Assembly: GCA_040755455.1 (NCBI GenBank)
Contig: JBFMAY010000011.1
Coordinates: forward strand, 24,330 to 88,329
Direction: 5' to 3'
Length of the DNA: 64,000 nucleotides
Origin: Thermodesulfobacteriota bacterium
GTDB taxonomy: Bacteria > Desulfobacterota > Desulfobulbia > Desulfobulbales > SURF-16
The notes under the pieces were generated by a model that was given only the letters and a program-made list of their open reading frames with translations, made no database searches and was not told the DNA's origin. Shown piece after piece: positions 30,800 through 41,657 of this stretch. How positions within the stretch are numbered: position 1 is the stretch's first letter; each line of letters opens with the position of its first letter. A program made the translations under genes and the position numbers.

Positions 30800-31537
30800 A
30801 TGACCATGATACAACTAGCCGTTTTCCAACATGTGTGGTGGGAAGGCCCCGGGAAATTCCTGCTCGAGGCCGCAGCCAGGGATAATGTACAACTGCACGT
30901 TATCGAGGTTTGGCATCAACCGATTCCCGACCTGTCGCCCTACGACGGCCTTGTCATCCTCGGCGGCGGCCCCAACGTCAACCAGGTGGATGACTATCCC
31001 TTCCTGCTCCGGGAAAAACAGGCCATCCGCCAATGGCTGCTGGGCGACAAGCCATGCCTGGGCATCTGCCTCGGCCACCAGCTGCTGGCCGAAGCCCTGG
31101 GCGGCCGCATCGGCCCCAACTTCTGTCACAGCATCGGCTTTATCGAGGGCCACCTGACAAGCCTTGGCCGCGCCCATCCGGTATTCAAGGGCATTGACAC
31201 CCATCCGCCCCTGTTCAAATGGCACGGCCAGGCGGTCCTGCCGCCCGTACCCAGCCATTTGCAGATCCTGGCCACCTCGAAGGAATGCCAGGTTGAGGCC
31301 TTTACCGTGCAGGACAGGTCATATATTGTCGGTGTCCAGTTTGACAACCACGCCGCGGCCCCGGCAGACGTCTCCCAGTGGCTCAACAAAGACGCGGCCT
31401 GGCTTGAGTCCATCACCGGCAAGGATATCAGCGGAAAACAGATCGCGGCCGATGCGGAAAAACAACAATGGCTGACCGGACGCCATTTTCATCAATTTTT
31501 CCGGAATTTCATCAGGTTGATGCACAAACCCGCCTGA
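30800..31537 (+). CDS. Type 1 glutamine amidotransferase-like protein with altered triad
   Basis: QHVWWEGPG, LGGGP, LGICLGHQLLA, WHGQ; the usual QFHPE reads QFDNH. Confidence 0.85.
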   Translation: MTMIQLAVFQHVWWEGPGKFLLEAAARDNVQLHVIEVWHQPIPDLSPYDGLVILGGGPNVNQVDDYPFLLREKQAIRQWLLGDKPCLGICLGHQLLAEALGGRIGPNFCHSIGFIEGHLTSLGRAHPVFKGIDTHPPLFKWHGQAVLPPVPSHLQILATSKECQVEAFTVQDRSYIVGVQFDNHAAAPADVSQWLNKDAAWLESITGKDISGKQIAADAEKQQWLTGRHFHQFFRNFIRLMHKPA

Positions 31538-31588
31538 GCCGGCCAAAGTTATTTTTGCATTTTATTTTCTTTGCGGTAAAGATATCTC

Positions 31589-32899
31589 ATGAGTCCGACA
31601 ACCCAGAACAACATGTTCCTCCTGCTTAACCAGAGCGGGCCCTTTGCCACCCCGGCCGGCCTGCAAACGGGCAGCAGCATTTTTTCCCGGCAGGCCCGCG
31701 CCATAGCGTCCCAGCTGGGCCGGGGAGAACTGTCGACCAAATACCGCGTGATCCGCAACCAGATCTTTGAATTTCTCAATGTCCGCTCCTTTGCCGCCAT
31801 CCAGACCCTGCTCCATGACCGGAGCCGCCGTGAGGAAATCGATCACCGCGCCTATATGCTGCTGGGCAACATGTTCGGCATCGAAGGCACGGAACGGGAG
31901 ATCGTCTCCCGGGTCAGCAACTACTCACGAACAGCCGACGGCGTGATCCGCTATCTCCGCGGCAAGGTGCTGGCCAATTACAGCTCCCATATCGAGATGA
32001 CCAACGAAATCGATGCCCTGAGCAGTCCCGCGGAGCTGCTGCTTATCGTTTTCGACGACCGCTACCACCAGAAGGCCCGTTTTGAAGCCAAACGCAAGCT
32101 GATCCTCATGAACCTGGCCGGCTCAATCGACCAGAGGGAAAGAGAAACGGGCATTGAGCACAAGTTCGCCCAGTTCCTCGAATTTCTCAACGATCATGTC
32201 TGGAGCAAAAAGGCCAAGATCGGCGAACTGGAAATCGTCTATCTGCTCAGCAGCCACGAAAAACAAAATTTCACCTGCGAACAGCTGCAGATCATCCACC
32301 GCCAAGAGGCGGAGCATATCACCCTGGCGCCGGGGCAGAAGCTCACCCTGCTCAAACGGCGGCGATTTACCGCCAACGGCAGGGAAATCCCCATCTATGT
32401 CTCGATCCGCAAAAAACCGCCGGAGGCCAAGGTGCTGAAGCTGCTGCGCAAGGGGGAGGAAAATCCCGCCGTGGCGGTTGATGACGAATTAGGTCTCATG
32501 GGAGTACTGGAATCCACCCAGGACATCAAGATATTTCAGAAGCATCTGACCAGCAGCGCCATTGCGGCCAACTCCTTCATGGCGCTGGAGGACATCTCCG
32601 ACTCGCTCACCGGCGTGAAACGGGCCAGCAAAAACATGGGCAGCTCCGCCAATACCGCCATGTTCAAGTTTTTTGCCCGGCTCGGCGGCATGCGGGTTGA
32701 GTTCATCGTCCACACCTACCGGAGCTACCTCAATTATATCTATCAAAGGGATGTCTCCCACGATGAGTATGAGGTCAAACGCATATTTGACACCGGAGTG
32801 GCCGAACTGCTTTTCCCGCAGAGCATCTATCACCTGGACATGAAAAAGATCCGCGAAAAACAGCTCCGCTGGTTCCGCAGGCAGATTGAGGAATTCTGA
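31589..32899 (+). CDS. Uncharacterised protein with a RelA/SpoT-like nucleotidyltransferase C-terminal region
   Basis: 436 aa ORF; IRKKPPEAKVLKLLRK...DDELGLMGV...VEFIVHT...SHDEYEVKR. The fold assignment is inference. Confidence 0.6.
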   Translation: MSPTTQNNMFLLLNQSGPFATPAGLQTGSSIFSRQARAIASQLGRGELSTKYRVIRNQIFEFLNVRSFAAIQTLLHDRSRREEIDHRAYMLLGNMFGIEGTEREIVSRVSNYSRTADGVIRYLRGKVLANYSSHIEMTNEIDALSSPAELLLIVFDDRYHQKARFEAKRKLILMNLAGSIDQRERETGIEHKFAQFLEFLNDHVWSKKAKIGELEIVYLLSSHEKQNFTCEQLQIIHRQEAEHITLAPGQKLTLLKRRRFTANGREIPIYVSIRKKPPEAKVLKLLRKGEENPAVAVDDELGLMGVLESTQDIKIFQKHLTSSAIAANSFMALEDISDSLTGVKRASKNMGSSANTAMFKFFARLGGMRVEFIVHTYRSYLNYIYQRDVSHDEYEVKRIFDTGVAELLFPQSIYHLDMKKIREKQLRWFRRQIEEF

Positions 32900-32900
32900 C

Positions 32901-33281
32901 ATGAAACACGCACCGCATACCCTGCCGCCGGCCGTGATTAATCTCTTCTTTGCCATCGGGCTCATGTCCGCCCTGTCCTTCCGGGCGCTCATGGCCATCA
33001 AGGATCTGCAGCCGCAACTGTTCCGCCCGGTCTGGTATCTGGGCATCATCGGCTACATCCTCTTTTTCGGCTTCCGTTACTCCATCACCGAAAAACGCAA
33101 AAAGGCCATCAGAGAATTCAACCTGGTCGAAAAGCTGCAGAACGGCGAAGAATTGACCTCCAACGACCGCCAGGTGGTGACCTACATCCTGTCGTCCCTG
33201 CAGAAATCGCGGGAGAACCTCAATTACCTCTTCATCTTCGTCACCTCCGCCATTGCCATTTTCCTGGATCTGCTTCTCTGA
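32901..33281 (+). CDS. Hypothetical three-TM membrane protein
   Basis: GAGG RBS; three hydrophobic segments; tight coupling to both neighbours. Confidence 0.7.
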   Translation: MKHAPHTLPPAVINLFFAIGLMSALSFRALMAIKDLQPQLFRPVWYLGIIGYILFFGFRYSITEKRKKAIREFNLVEKLQNGEELTSNDRQVVTYILSSLQKSRENLNYLFIFVTSAIAIFLDLLL

Positions 33282-33293
33282 GAGGAGGTGAAC

Positions 33294-34400
33294 ATGAAAG
33301 GACTGATCGACAGCACCCTGCGGGAAGGCGAGCAGGCTCCGGGTGTGTTTTTTCCCCTGGCGGCCAAGATCAAAATCGCACGCCTCCTGGCCAGGGTCGG
33401 CATCGAGGAGATCGAGCTCGGCATTGCCACCCCCTACAACCGGGAACTGCCGGAACTGATGCGCTTGAGCCGGCGCAGGATCACCACCAGCCGCCTGGCC
33501 CTCTGGTGCCGGTGCGTTACCGCTGACATCGACTTTGCCGCCGCATTGGCCCCGGACGTTCTTTCCCTGTCGATTCCCGCCTCGGATCTGCATATCTACG
33601 AAAAACTCGGCCGCAACCGCAGCTGGATCAAAGATACTTTGGCCCAGGCCATCCGCTACAGCCTGGCAAAAGGCATCCGCGTTGTGTCCGTGGGACTGGA
33701 AGATGCCACCCGGGCCGATGAGGATTTTCTGGCGCAGCTGATGCAAACCGCGGCGCAGGCAGGGGCCGCCAGGGTGCGGCTGGCTGATACGGTGGGGATC
33801 ATGAGCCCTGCGGCAATCGCCGGGCTCATCGGTCGGATTGCCAAAATCACCCCACTTGAGATCGGCATGCACGCCCATAACGATTTCGGCATGGCCACGG
33901 CCAATGGCATTGCCGCCCTTGAGGCCGGGGCCGACTGGGCGGACGCCACCGTTCTCGGTATCGGCGAACGGGCCGGCAACAGCCGCCTGGAGGAGATGGC
34001 AGGCTACCTTGCCCTGCGCGGCGACAGGCGTCCCTACCAAACCGAACATCTGCGCCTGTTATGCCAAAGCGTGGCCCATGCCGCCAAAAGACCGATTGCC
34101 GGCTCGCATCCCCTGGTGGGCGAGGCAATCTTCACCTGCGAAACCGGTCTCCACCTGCAGGGACTGACAAGAAATCCGGCAACCTATGAGCCGTATGAAC
34201 CGGAAAGGGTCGGCGGGCAACGGCGGCTGCTGCTGGGCAGCAAATCAGGCAAAAGGGCCATCCAGGACCGGCTGCAGACCCTTGGCTGCCCCCTGCCGGC
34301 AGAGAGACTTGAACAGGTCCTCAACCGGGTCCGCCACCAGGCCGGCAGCAAAAGACGGCCCCTGAACGACGAGGAAATACGAGCGATTATCAGCGGATGA
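33294..34400 (+). CDS. nifV: Homocitrate synthase
   Basis: DSTLREGEQAPG, GLEDATRAD, LADTVG, HAHNDFGMATAN, GIGERAGN; no LeuA regulatory domain; nif context. Confidence 0.88.
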   Translation: MKGLIDSTLREGEQAPGVFFPLAAKIKIARLLARVGIEEIELGIATPYNRELPELMRLSRRRITTSRLALWCRCVTADIDFAAALAPDVLSLSIPASDLHIYEKLGRNRSWIKDTLAQAIRYSLAKGIRVVSVGLEDATRADEDFLAQLMQTAAQAGAARVRLADTVGIMSPAAIAGLIGRIAKITPLEIGMHAHNDFGMATANGIAALEAGADWADATVLGIGERAGNSRLEEMAGYLALRGDRRPYQTEHLRLLCQSVAHAAKRPIAGSHPLVGEAIFTCETGLHLQGLTRNPATYEPYEPERVGGQRRLLLGSKSGKRAIQDRLQTLGCPLPAERLEQVLNRVRHQAGSKRRPLNDEEIRAIISG

Positions 34401-34500
34401 CCTGATGCCGGCCCGCGGCAAAGCCCACGGCGACAGGGCAATCACCATAAACGAAAAAGGCAAAGCAAAGGCTCTCTCTTCTTGACCTTTCTCCGTTTTA

Positions 34501-36087
34501 TTACCACTGCTCCGGCCTTGCCAGGCCGTACTTCTTGATCTTGTAGCCGATCTGCCGCTGGGTCAGGCCCAACTCCCGGGCGGCCCGGGACTGCACCCAG
34601 CCGTGCCGTCTGAGCGACGCCTCGATTTCCACCCGCTCCATGTCCTTCAGCACCCTTGCCCTGCCCGCATTGCCCGCTGCCGCGGACACCACATCCGCGA
34701 CAGGGGCCTGCACCGCAACAGCCCTCCCCTGCGGCCCGGCAAACATCTTGTCGGGCAGATCCGATATCTGCAGCCAGCCGCTGTCCGTGAGAATAACCAA
34801 CCGCTCCACCAGGTTCTGTAATTCCCGGACATTACCGGGCCAGTCATAGGCCGTCAAAAAATCAAGAAACTCCTTGGTCATTTTCACATTTTTTTCATTA
34901 CGCTTATTGCTTGACCGGAGGAAATGATCCAGCAGCAACGGGACATCTTCGCTTCGCTCCCGCAGGGGCGGCAGAGTAAGGGGCACCACGTTCAGCCGGT
35001 AATAGAGATCATTGCGGAACTTGCCCTCGACCACGGCGTTCTCGAGACTGACATTGGTTGCCGCGATGATGCGCACATCCACACTCAGGGTGGTGGTGCC
35101 GCCGAGCCGCTCAAACTGGCTTTCCTGCAGCACCCGCAACAGTTTGGCCTGCAGGGCCAGCGGCAGCTCGCCGATCTCGTCAAGAAACAGAGTCCCGCCA
35201 TTGGCCAGTTCAAATCGCCCGGGCTTGGCGCTCACCGCGCCGGTGAAGGCCCCTTTTTCATGGCCCAGCAGCTCGCTTTCCAGCAGGTTTTCCGGCAAGG
35301 CGGCACAGTTCACCTTGATAAATGTTTTGTCCTTGCGAGTGCTGGCCTGATGAATGGCCCGGGCCACCAGTTCCTTGCCGGTGCCCGACTCACCCAGCAG
35401 CAGCACGGTGGCCCGGCTGGGCGCCACCTTCTCGATGCTCCAGAAAATGCCCTGCATGGGCTTGCTTTGCCCGATCATGTAATGGCGATGATAACGGCTG
35501 TGCAACTCCGCCTTCAGGCTCTTGTTCTCCTCCACCAGCACCGCCTGGTTGCGGCTGATGGCCCGGTGCAGACTGAGAAACTGGGCGATCAGGGTGGACA
35601 GCACGGAGAGAAAACGGATGTCCTCCTCAAACGAAACATCCAGGCCAAACAGCCGGTCCACGCTGAGCACGCCCACCGGCTTGCTGGACAGCATCACCGG
35701 CACGCCGATAAAGGAAATACGCTCCTTGCTGATCTTGGACCTGGCCTTTGTTCTATTGAGAAAGAGGGGCTCACTCTGGATGTCCGGCACGACAAAGGGT
35801 GAACAGGTGCGGAAAATCTGCCCGGATATTCCCTCGTTCAGACCATATACCCCGCGCTGCTCCTCCTGCACGGTCAAGCCATAGGAGGCGCGGATGGTCA
35901 ACCTTTCGCCTGATTTATCGAGCAGAACCAGGGTGGCCCGCTCCATGCGCAGGATGTCATGCACGATACGCAATATTTTGCTTAACGTCGTATCCAGATG
36001 GACCGCCGAACCGATGAGCTGGCAGATCTCGCTTAAGGCCTGCAGCTCAAGGGCTTCGATCGTCGGTTTCCTGGAAGATGGTAACAT
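34501..36087 (-). CDS. nifA: Nif-specific sigma-54 activator (GAF-AAA+-HTH)
   Basis: GAF domain, [43 protein letters not shown]; divergent from nifH. An alternative start lies at 36102. Confidence 0.92.
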   Translation of the reverse strand: MLPSSRKPTIEALELQALSEICQLIGSAVHLDTTLSKILRIVHDILRMERATLVLLDKSGERLTIRASYGLTVQEEQRGVYGLNEGISGQIFRTCSPFVVPDIQSEPLFLNRTKARSKISKERISFIGVPVMLSSKPVGVLSVDRLFGLDVSFEEDIRFLSVLSTLIAQFLSLHRAISRNQAVLVEENKSLKAELHSRYHRHYMIGQSKPMQGIFWSIEKVAPSRATVLLLGESGTGKELVARAIHQASTRKDKTFIKVNCAALPENLLESELLGHEKGAFTGAVSAKPGRFELANGGTLFLDEIGELPLALQAKLLRVLQESQFERLGGTTTLSVDVRIIAATNVSLENAVVEGKFRNDLYYRLNVVPLTLPPLRERSEDVPLLLDHFLRSSNKRNEKNVKMTKEFLDFLTAYDWPGNVRELQNLVERLVILTDSGWLQISDLPDKMFAGPQGRAVAVQAPVADVVSAAAGNAGRARVLKDMERVEIEASLRRHGWVQSRAARELGLTQRQIGYKIKKYGLARPEQW

Positions 36088-36380
36088 GTTTGCTCCTGTC
36101 ATTTTTCTCAGCCCTCTGGCTGAATTCGTCTCAATACCTGCCTGTAACAGAATGTAGCAATATATATTCCACTGCGACCAGCCACGAAACTATTCAGCTA
36201 TTATGTTGAAATCAAAAAATAAAAATCGAAAAATTAGCCAACAACATTCCCCTGGCTATCTCTAGAAAATATCGAAAATGTAAATTTTATGAATTATAAT
36301 ATTACTTTTTTGTTATATTATTTTTGCAACAACTCGCCCTCGGTTGCCATGCTACAAAATTGCAACAACGGTTTCCTTTT

Positions 36381-36396
36381 TGTCATCTTCCCGACA
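36381..36396 (+). promoter_or_regulatory. NifA upstream activator sequence
   Basis: TGT-CATCTTCCCG-ACA within the palindrome TTTTGTC...GACAAAA, ~100 bp upstream of the -24 element. Confidence 0.75.
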
Positions 36397-36494
36397 AAAG
36401 CGCGGGGCCGCATACCCACCCCCTCTGCGCCCCCATCGCCAGCACAACCGCTTAACATCTTGATAAATAAAGAATATTTTTTATTCAACCAGAG

Positions 36495-36509
36495 TGGCAC
36501 ACCTCTTGC
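36495..36509 (+). promoter_or_regulatory. Sigma-54 promoter of nifH
   Basis: TGGCAC-ACCTC-TTGC, a consensus match. Confidence 0.88.
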
Positions 36510-36597
36510 CATTAAGGGAAACAAAACATCACAGGTCCAGCCTGCGCATCGAGCCCGTTGCCCGGCATGGCTCAGTCCGGACAGAGAAAAACCTTAG

Positions 36598-37512
<915 letters not shown>

Positions 37513-37516
37513 TGTT

Positions 37517-37652
37517 CCAACGATCAAACGCGCAAGCGATCAAACGAGCCAAATCTTCAACCTGGAAAAGATGAACGCTTGCACGCAGGAACGCTGAAAC
37601 ACTGGAACGTTGGCACGCTTACACGCTTAAACGCTGGAACGCTTGATCGTTC
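37517..37652. repeat. Degenerate 8-bp tandem arrays in inverted arrangement
   Basis: Four CAAGCGAT-like units at 37517-37548; ten GAACGCTT-like units at 37573-37652. Confidence 0.8.
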
Positions 37653-37677
37653 CCGTACACCCTACTGGAGAAATACT

Positions 37678-38031
37678 ATGTTGACTATGATAAGAGCTAT
37701 TGTCAGGCCGGAAAAAGCAGACAAAATCCTTGCCGCCCTCATGGACGCAGGCTTTCCGGCGGTGACCAAATATTCGGTGGCCGGCCGCGGCAAGCAGCGC
37801 GGCATCAGGATCGGCGAGGTCACCTATGACGAGATTCCTAAAATGATGCTGATGAGCGTGGTTAAGCCCGAGGAAAAGGATTTCGTCATCCAGACCATCA
37901 TGGATACCGCCCGCTCCGGGGTCAAGGGCGCCTTCGGCGACGGCAAAATCTTTGTCACCGACGTGGAGGAGTCCTACACCATCAGCTCCGGGGTCAGGGA
38001 AACCGGCGCGCCCGAGGAGGCCAAGGCATGA
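37678..38031 (+). CDS. nifI1: PII-family nitrogenase regulator NifI1
   Basis: IRAIVRPEK, GRGKQRG, YDEIPK, GAFGDGKIF; between nifH and nifD. Confidence 0.93.
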   Translation: MLTMIRAIVRPEKADKILAALMDAGFPAVTKYSVAGRGKQRGIRIGEVTYDEIPKMMLMSVVKPEEKDFVIQTIMDTARSGVKGAFGDGKIFVTDVEESYTISSGVRETGAPEEAKA

Positions 38032-38402
38032 AAGAGGTGATCGCCATTGTGCGAATAAACATGATGAACCAGACCAAGCAGGTCTTGACCGATATCGGCA
38101 TCGACGCCTTCTTCGCCCATGAAGCCCATGGCCGGGGCAAGGGTTTTGTCAATCCCGCGGTGCTGAACGGCGCCCAGCAGGGCTATGAGGAAGCCGCCTC
38201 CCTGCTTGGCGAAAAGGGGAAACTCTATGCCAAGCGCATGGTGACGGTGGTGATCAAGGACGAGCTGGTCGATGACGTGGTGCAGGCGATTATCGCGACC
38301 AACCGCACCGGCAAGCCCGGTGACGGCAAGATCTTTGTCCTGCCGGTGGCCGATGCCGTCCGCGTCCGGACGGGTGAGATGGGCCTCAAGTCCATCGTCT
38401 AA
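38028..38402 (+). CDS. nifI2: PII-family nitrogenase regulator NifI2
   Basis: MKEVIAIVRIN, GRGKG, GKPGDGKIF. Confidence 0.93.
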   Translation: MKEVIAIVRINMMNQTKQVLTDIGIDAFFAHEAHGRGKGFVNPAVLNGAQQGYEEAASLLGEKGKLYAKRMVTVVIKDELVDDVVQAIIATNRTGKPGDGKIFVLPVADAVRVRTGEMGLKSIV

Positions 38403-38418
38403 TATAAGGAGCAATAAC

Positions 38419-40065
38419 ATGGCAACAATGACCGCAAAAAAGAACACAAAGGCGCAGTGGGAACCGGCCGAGGTCAAGGCCGAGCTGCTGGCCAAGTACC
38501 CGCCCAAGGTGGCCCGCAAACGCGCCAAACAGATATTGATCAATGAGGCCCTGGAAAACGAGACGCCGGAGATCTCCGCCAACGTGCGCACCATCCCCGG
38601 CATCATCACCATGCGCGGCTGCACCTATGCCGGCTGCAAGGGGGTTATCATGGGTCCTACCCGGGACATCGTCAATCTGGTGCACGGCCCCATCGGCTGC
38701 AGCTTTTACGCCTGGCTGACCCGGCGCAACCAGACCGATGCCGGAGCTGACGGTGCAAACTACATGACCTATGCCTTTTCCACGGACATGCAGGACTCGG
38801 ACATCATTTTCGGCGGCGAAAAGAAACTGGAAAAGGCCATCCAGGAGGCCTATGACCTGTTCCATCCCAGATCCATCGCCGTCTTTGCCACCTGCCCGGT
38901 GGGATTGATCGGCGACGACATCCACACCGTGGCCAAGCGGATGAAGGAGAAATTCGGCGACTGCAATGTCTACGCCTTTTCCTGCGAGGGCTACAAGGGC
39001 GTCAGCCAGTCAGCCGGCCACCACATTGCCAACAACCAGGTGTTCCGCCATATCGTCGGCGAAAACGACGAGGTGAAACCGGGCAAATATAAGATCAACC
39101 TGCTGGGCGAGTACAACATCGGCGGCGACGGCTTTGAGATCGACCGCATTTTCAAGAAATGCGGCATCACCAACATCGCCACCTTTTCCGGCAACTCGAC
39201 CTATGACCAGTTCGCCTCGGCCCACACCGCCGATCTGAACGCCGTCATGTGTCACCGGTCCATCAACTACGTGGCCGACATGCTGGAGACCAAATACGGC
39301 ATCCCCTGGATCAAGGTGAACTTCATCAGCGCCAAGGCCACGGCCAAATCGCTGCGCAAGATCGCCGAGTACTTCGGCGACCAGGAGCTCACCCGCCGGG
39401 TGGAGGCGGTGATTGCCGAGGAGATGCCGGCGGTGGAGGCGGCGAAAAATGACATCCTGCCCCGCACCCAGGGCAAGACCGCCATGCTGTTTGTCGGCGG
39501 CTCCCGGGCCCACCATTACCAGGAACTGTTTGCCGAGATGGGCATGAAAACCATCTCCGCCGGTTACGAGTTCGCCCACCGGGACGATTACGAGGGCCGT
39601 CAGATCATCCCCAATCTGACGGTGGATGCCGACAGCCGCAACATCGAAGAGATCGAGGTGGAGGCCGACGCGACCCGCTTTAAGCCGCGCAAGACCCCGG
39701 AAGAGATGAAGGCCCTGACAGAGGCGGGATACAGATTCAAGGATTACGAAGGATTGATCCCTGACATGGACAAAGGGACGCTCGTCATCGACGACCTCAA
39801 CCAGTACGAGGCGGAGAAGCTGGTGGAACTGATGAAACCGGATATCTTCTGCGCCGGCATCAAGGAGAAATTCTCCATCCAGAAGCTGGGCGTTCCCATG
39901 AAGCAGCTGCACAGCTATGACTCGGGCGGTCCCTACGCCGGTTTCCAGGGCGCGGTCAACTTCTACAAGGAAATCGACCGGCTGGTGAACAGCAAGGTAT
40001 GGAGCTACATGAAGGCCCCCTGGCAGGAGAATCCGCAGCTTTCCGCCACTTACGGCTGGGAATGA
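38419..40065 (+). CDS. nifD: Nitrogenase MoFe protein alpha chain (long, clostridial/group II type)
   Basis: RGCTYAGC, HGPIGC, TCPVG, GVSQSAGHH, MCHRS, QLHSYD; 548 aa with the internal insertion. Confidence 0.96.
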   Translation: MATMTAKKNTKAQWEPAEVKAELLAKYPPKVARKRAKQILINEALENETPEISANVRTIPGIITMRGCTYAGCKGVIMGPTRDIVNLVHGPIGCSFYAWLTRRNQTDAGADGANYMTYAFSTDMQDSDIIFGGEKKLEKAIQEAYDLFHPRSIAVFATCPVGLIGDDIHTVAKRMKEKFGDCNVYAFSCEGYKGVSQSAGHHIANNQVFRHIVGENDEVKPGKYKINLLGEYNIGGDGFEIDRIFKKCGITNIATFSGNSTYDQFASAHTADLNAVMCHRSINYVADMLETKYGIPWIKVNFISAKATAKSLRKIAEYFGDQELTRRVEAVIAEEMPAVEAAKNDILPRTQGKTAMLFVGGSRAHHYQELFAEMGMKTISAGYEFAHRDDYEGRQIIPNLTVDADSRNIEEIEVEADATRFKPRKTPEEMKALTEAGYRFKDYEGLIPDMDKGTLVIDDLNQYEAEKLVELMKPDIFCAGIKEKFSIQKLGVPMKQLHSYDSGGPYAGFQGAVNFYKEIDRLVNSKVWSYMKAPWQENPQLSATYGWE

Positions 40066-40069
40066 TTTT

Positions 40070-40156
40070 TAGGTGGATCAGGTGAATAGTCTGTAGTCTT
40101 TGAGGTTTTCAGCTTAACCCCTACAAACTAAACACCTATTCACCTGCAGACTGAAC
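40070..40156. repeat. Inverted short-period repeat hairpin between nifD and nifK
   Basis: CAGGTGAATAG (40079-40089) and CTATTCACCTG (40136-40146) are a perfect inverted pair within 7-9 bp AGGT/AGTCT units. Confidence 0.7.
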
Positions 40157-40190
40157 AACCAGAGTATTCACTCTTTTATTGAGGTTAGCC

Positions 40191-41564
40191 ATGTTACTAC
40201 GACATACACCAAAAGAAATCAGCGAGCGCAGCGCCTTGATGATCAATCCGGCCAAGACCTGCCAGCCCATCGGCGCCATGTACGCGTCACTGGGCATCCA
40301 CGGCTGCCTGCCCCACAGCCATGGCTCCCAGGGGTGCTGCGCTTACCACCGCAGCACCCTGACCAGGCACTACAAGGAGCCGGTATCCGCGGCCACCAGC
40401 TCGTTTACCGAGGGCGCCTCCGTATTCGGCGGCCAGGCCAACATGCTGCAGGCCATTGACAATATCTTTGCCGTCTATGATCCGGAGATCATTGCCGTGC
40501 ATACCACCTGCCTGTCCGAGACCATCGGCGACGATCTGAAACAGATCCGCAAAAAGGCGCTGGCCGAGGGCAAAATCCCCGAGGGCAAGTACATGATCAG
40601 CGCCTCGACCCCGAGCTATGTTGGCTCGCACGTCACCGGCTTTTCCACCATGGTCAAGTCCATGGCCGGACTCGCCGAGACCACCGGCAAAAAGAACGGC
40701 AAGGTAAACATCATCCCCGGCTGGATCGAACCGGCCGACATGGAGGAGATCAAACGGGTCACCAAGATGATCGGCGTCAAAACCATTCTCTTCCCAGACA
40801 CCTCCGGCGTGCTGAACGGCCCGCTGTCCGGCGAGTACAAAATGTTTCCGGACGGCGGTACCACCGTGGCGGAGCTGAAAGCCGCCGGTGATTCCGTCGG
40901 CACCCTGGCCCTGGGCGAATGGTGCTCGGCTGACGCGGCCCGGGAGCTGGACAGCAAGAACAAGGTGCCCTGCAAGGTGCTGGACATGCCCTTCGGCCTC
41001 AAGGCCACCGACCGCTTCATCGATGCCCTGCGCACCATCGGCGGGGTGACCGTGCCCGATGAGCTGTCCATGGAGCGGGGCCAGCTGGTGGACATGATCT
41101 CCGACATGCACCAGTACCTCTACCACAAGAAGGTGGCCCTGGTGGGTGATCCGGACCAGCTGATTGCCATGACCGAGTTCCTGGTCACCCTGGACATGTG
41201 GCCCATGCACATCGTCACCGGCACGCCGGGCAAGGCCTTTGAAAGACGCATCAGGGAGATCACCAAGGATCTGCCCTATGCGGTGAACGTCAAGGCGGCC
41301 GGGGACATGTTCCTGCTGCACCAGTGGATCAAAAACGATCCGGTGGATCTCCTGATCGGCAACACCTACTGCAAGTACATTGCCCGGGACGAGGACCTGC
41401 CCTTTGTCCGCTGGGGCTTCCCCATCCTGGACCGCCAGGGGCATCAGTACTTTCCCACGGTAGGCTACAAGGGGGGCTTACGGCTGCTGGAAAAGATCCT
41501 GGGCGTGCTGCTCGACCGCAAGGACCGGGATGAGCCGGAGCAGAGTTTTGAGCTGGTCATGTAG
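40191..41564 (+). CDS. nifK: Nitrogenase MoFe protein beta chain
   Basis: NPAKTCQPIGA, HGSQGCCAY, TTCLSETIGDD, TPSYVGSH. Confidence 0.96.
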   Translation: MLLRHTPKEISERSALMINPAKTCQPIGAMYASLGIHGCLPHSHGSQGCCAYHRSTLTRHYKEPVSAATSSFTEGASVFGGQANMLQAIDNIFAVYDPEIIAVHTTCLSETIGDDLKQIRKKALAEGKIPEGKYMISASTPSYVGSHVTGFSTMVKSMAGLAETTGKKNGKVNIIPGWIEPADMEEIKRVTKMIGVKTILFPDTSGVLNGPLSGEYKMFPDGGTTVAELKAAGDSVGTLALGEWCSADAARELDSKNKVPCKVLDMPFGLKATDRFIDALRTIGGVTVPDELSMERGQLVDMISDMHQYLYHKKVALVGDPDQLIAMTEFLVTLDMWPMHIVTGTPGKAFERRIREITKDLPYAVNVKAAGDMFLLHQWIKNDPVDLLIGNTYCKYIARDEDLPFVRWGFPILDRQGHQYFPTVGYKGGLRLLEKILGVLLDRKDRDEPEQSFELVM

Positions 41565-41657
41565 TGACAGGCGGCGGGGGAATCGTTGCTCCCCTGCCGG
41601 CTTGCGCGAAAACTTATCGGCGAGCACACTGTGATAGCTCATTGCAATTCAGGCGCC

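Noticed and set aside
37517..37652. Possible CRISPR array
   Set aside because: Contiguous 8-bp units with no unique spacers and no cas genes.
38419..41564. Alternative V- or Fe-only nitrogenase
   Set aside because: No vnfG/anfG between D and K; MCHRS motif, group II length and nifEN indicate Mo-nitrogenase.
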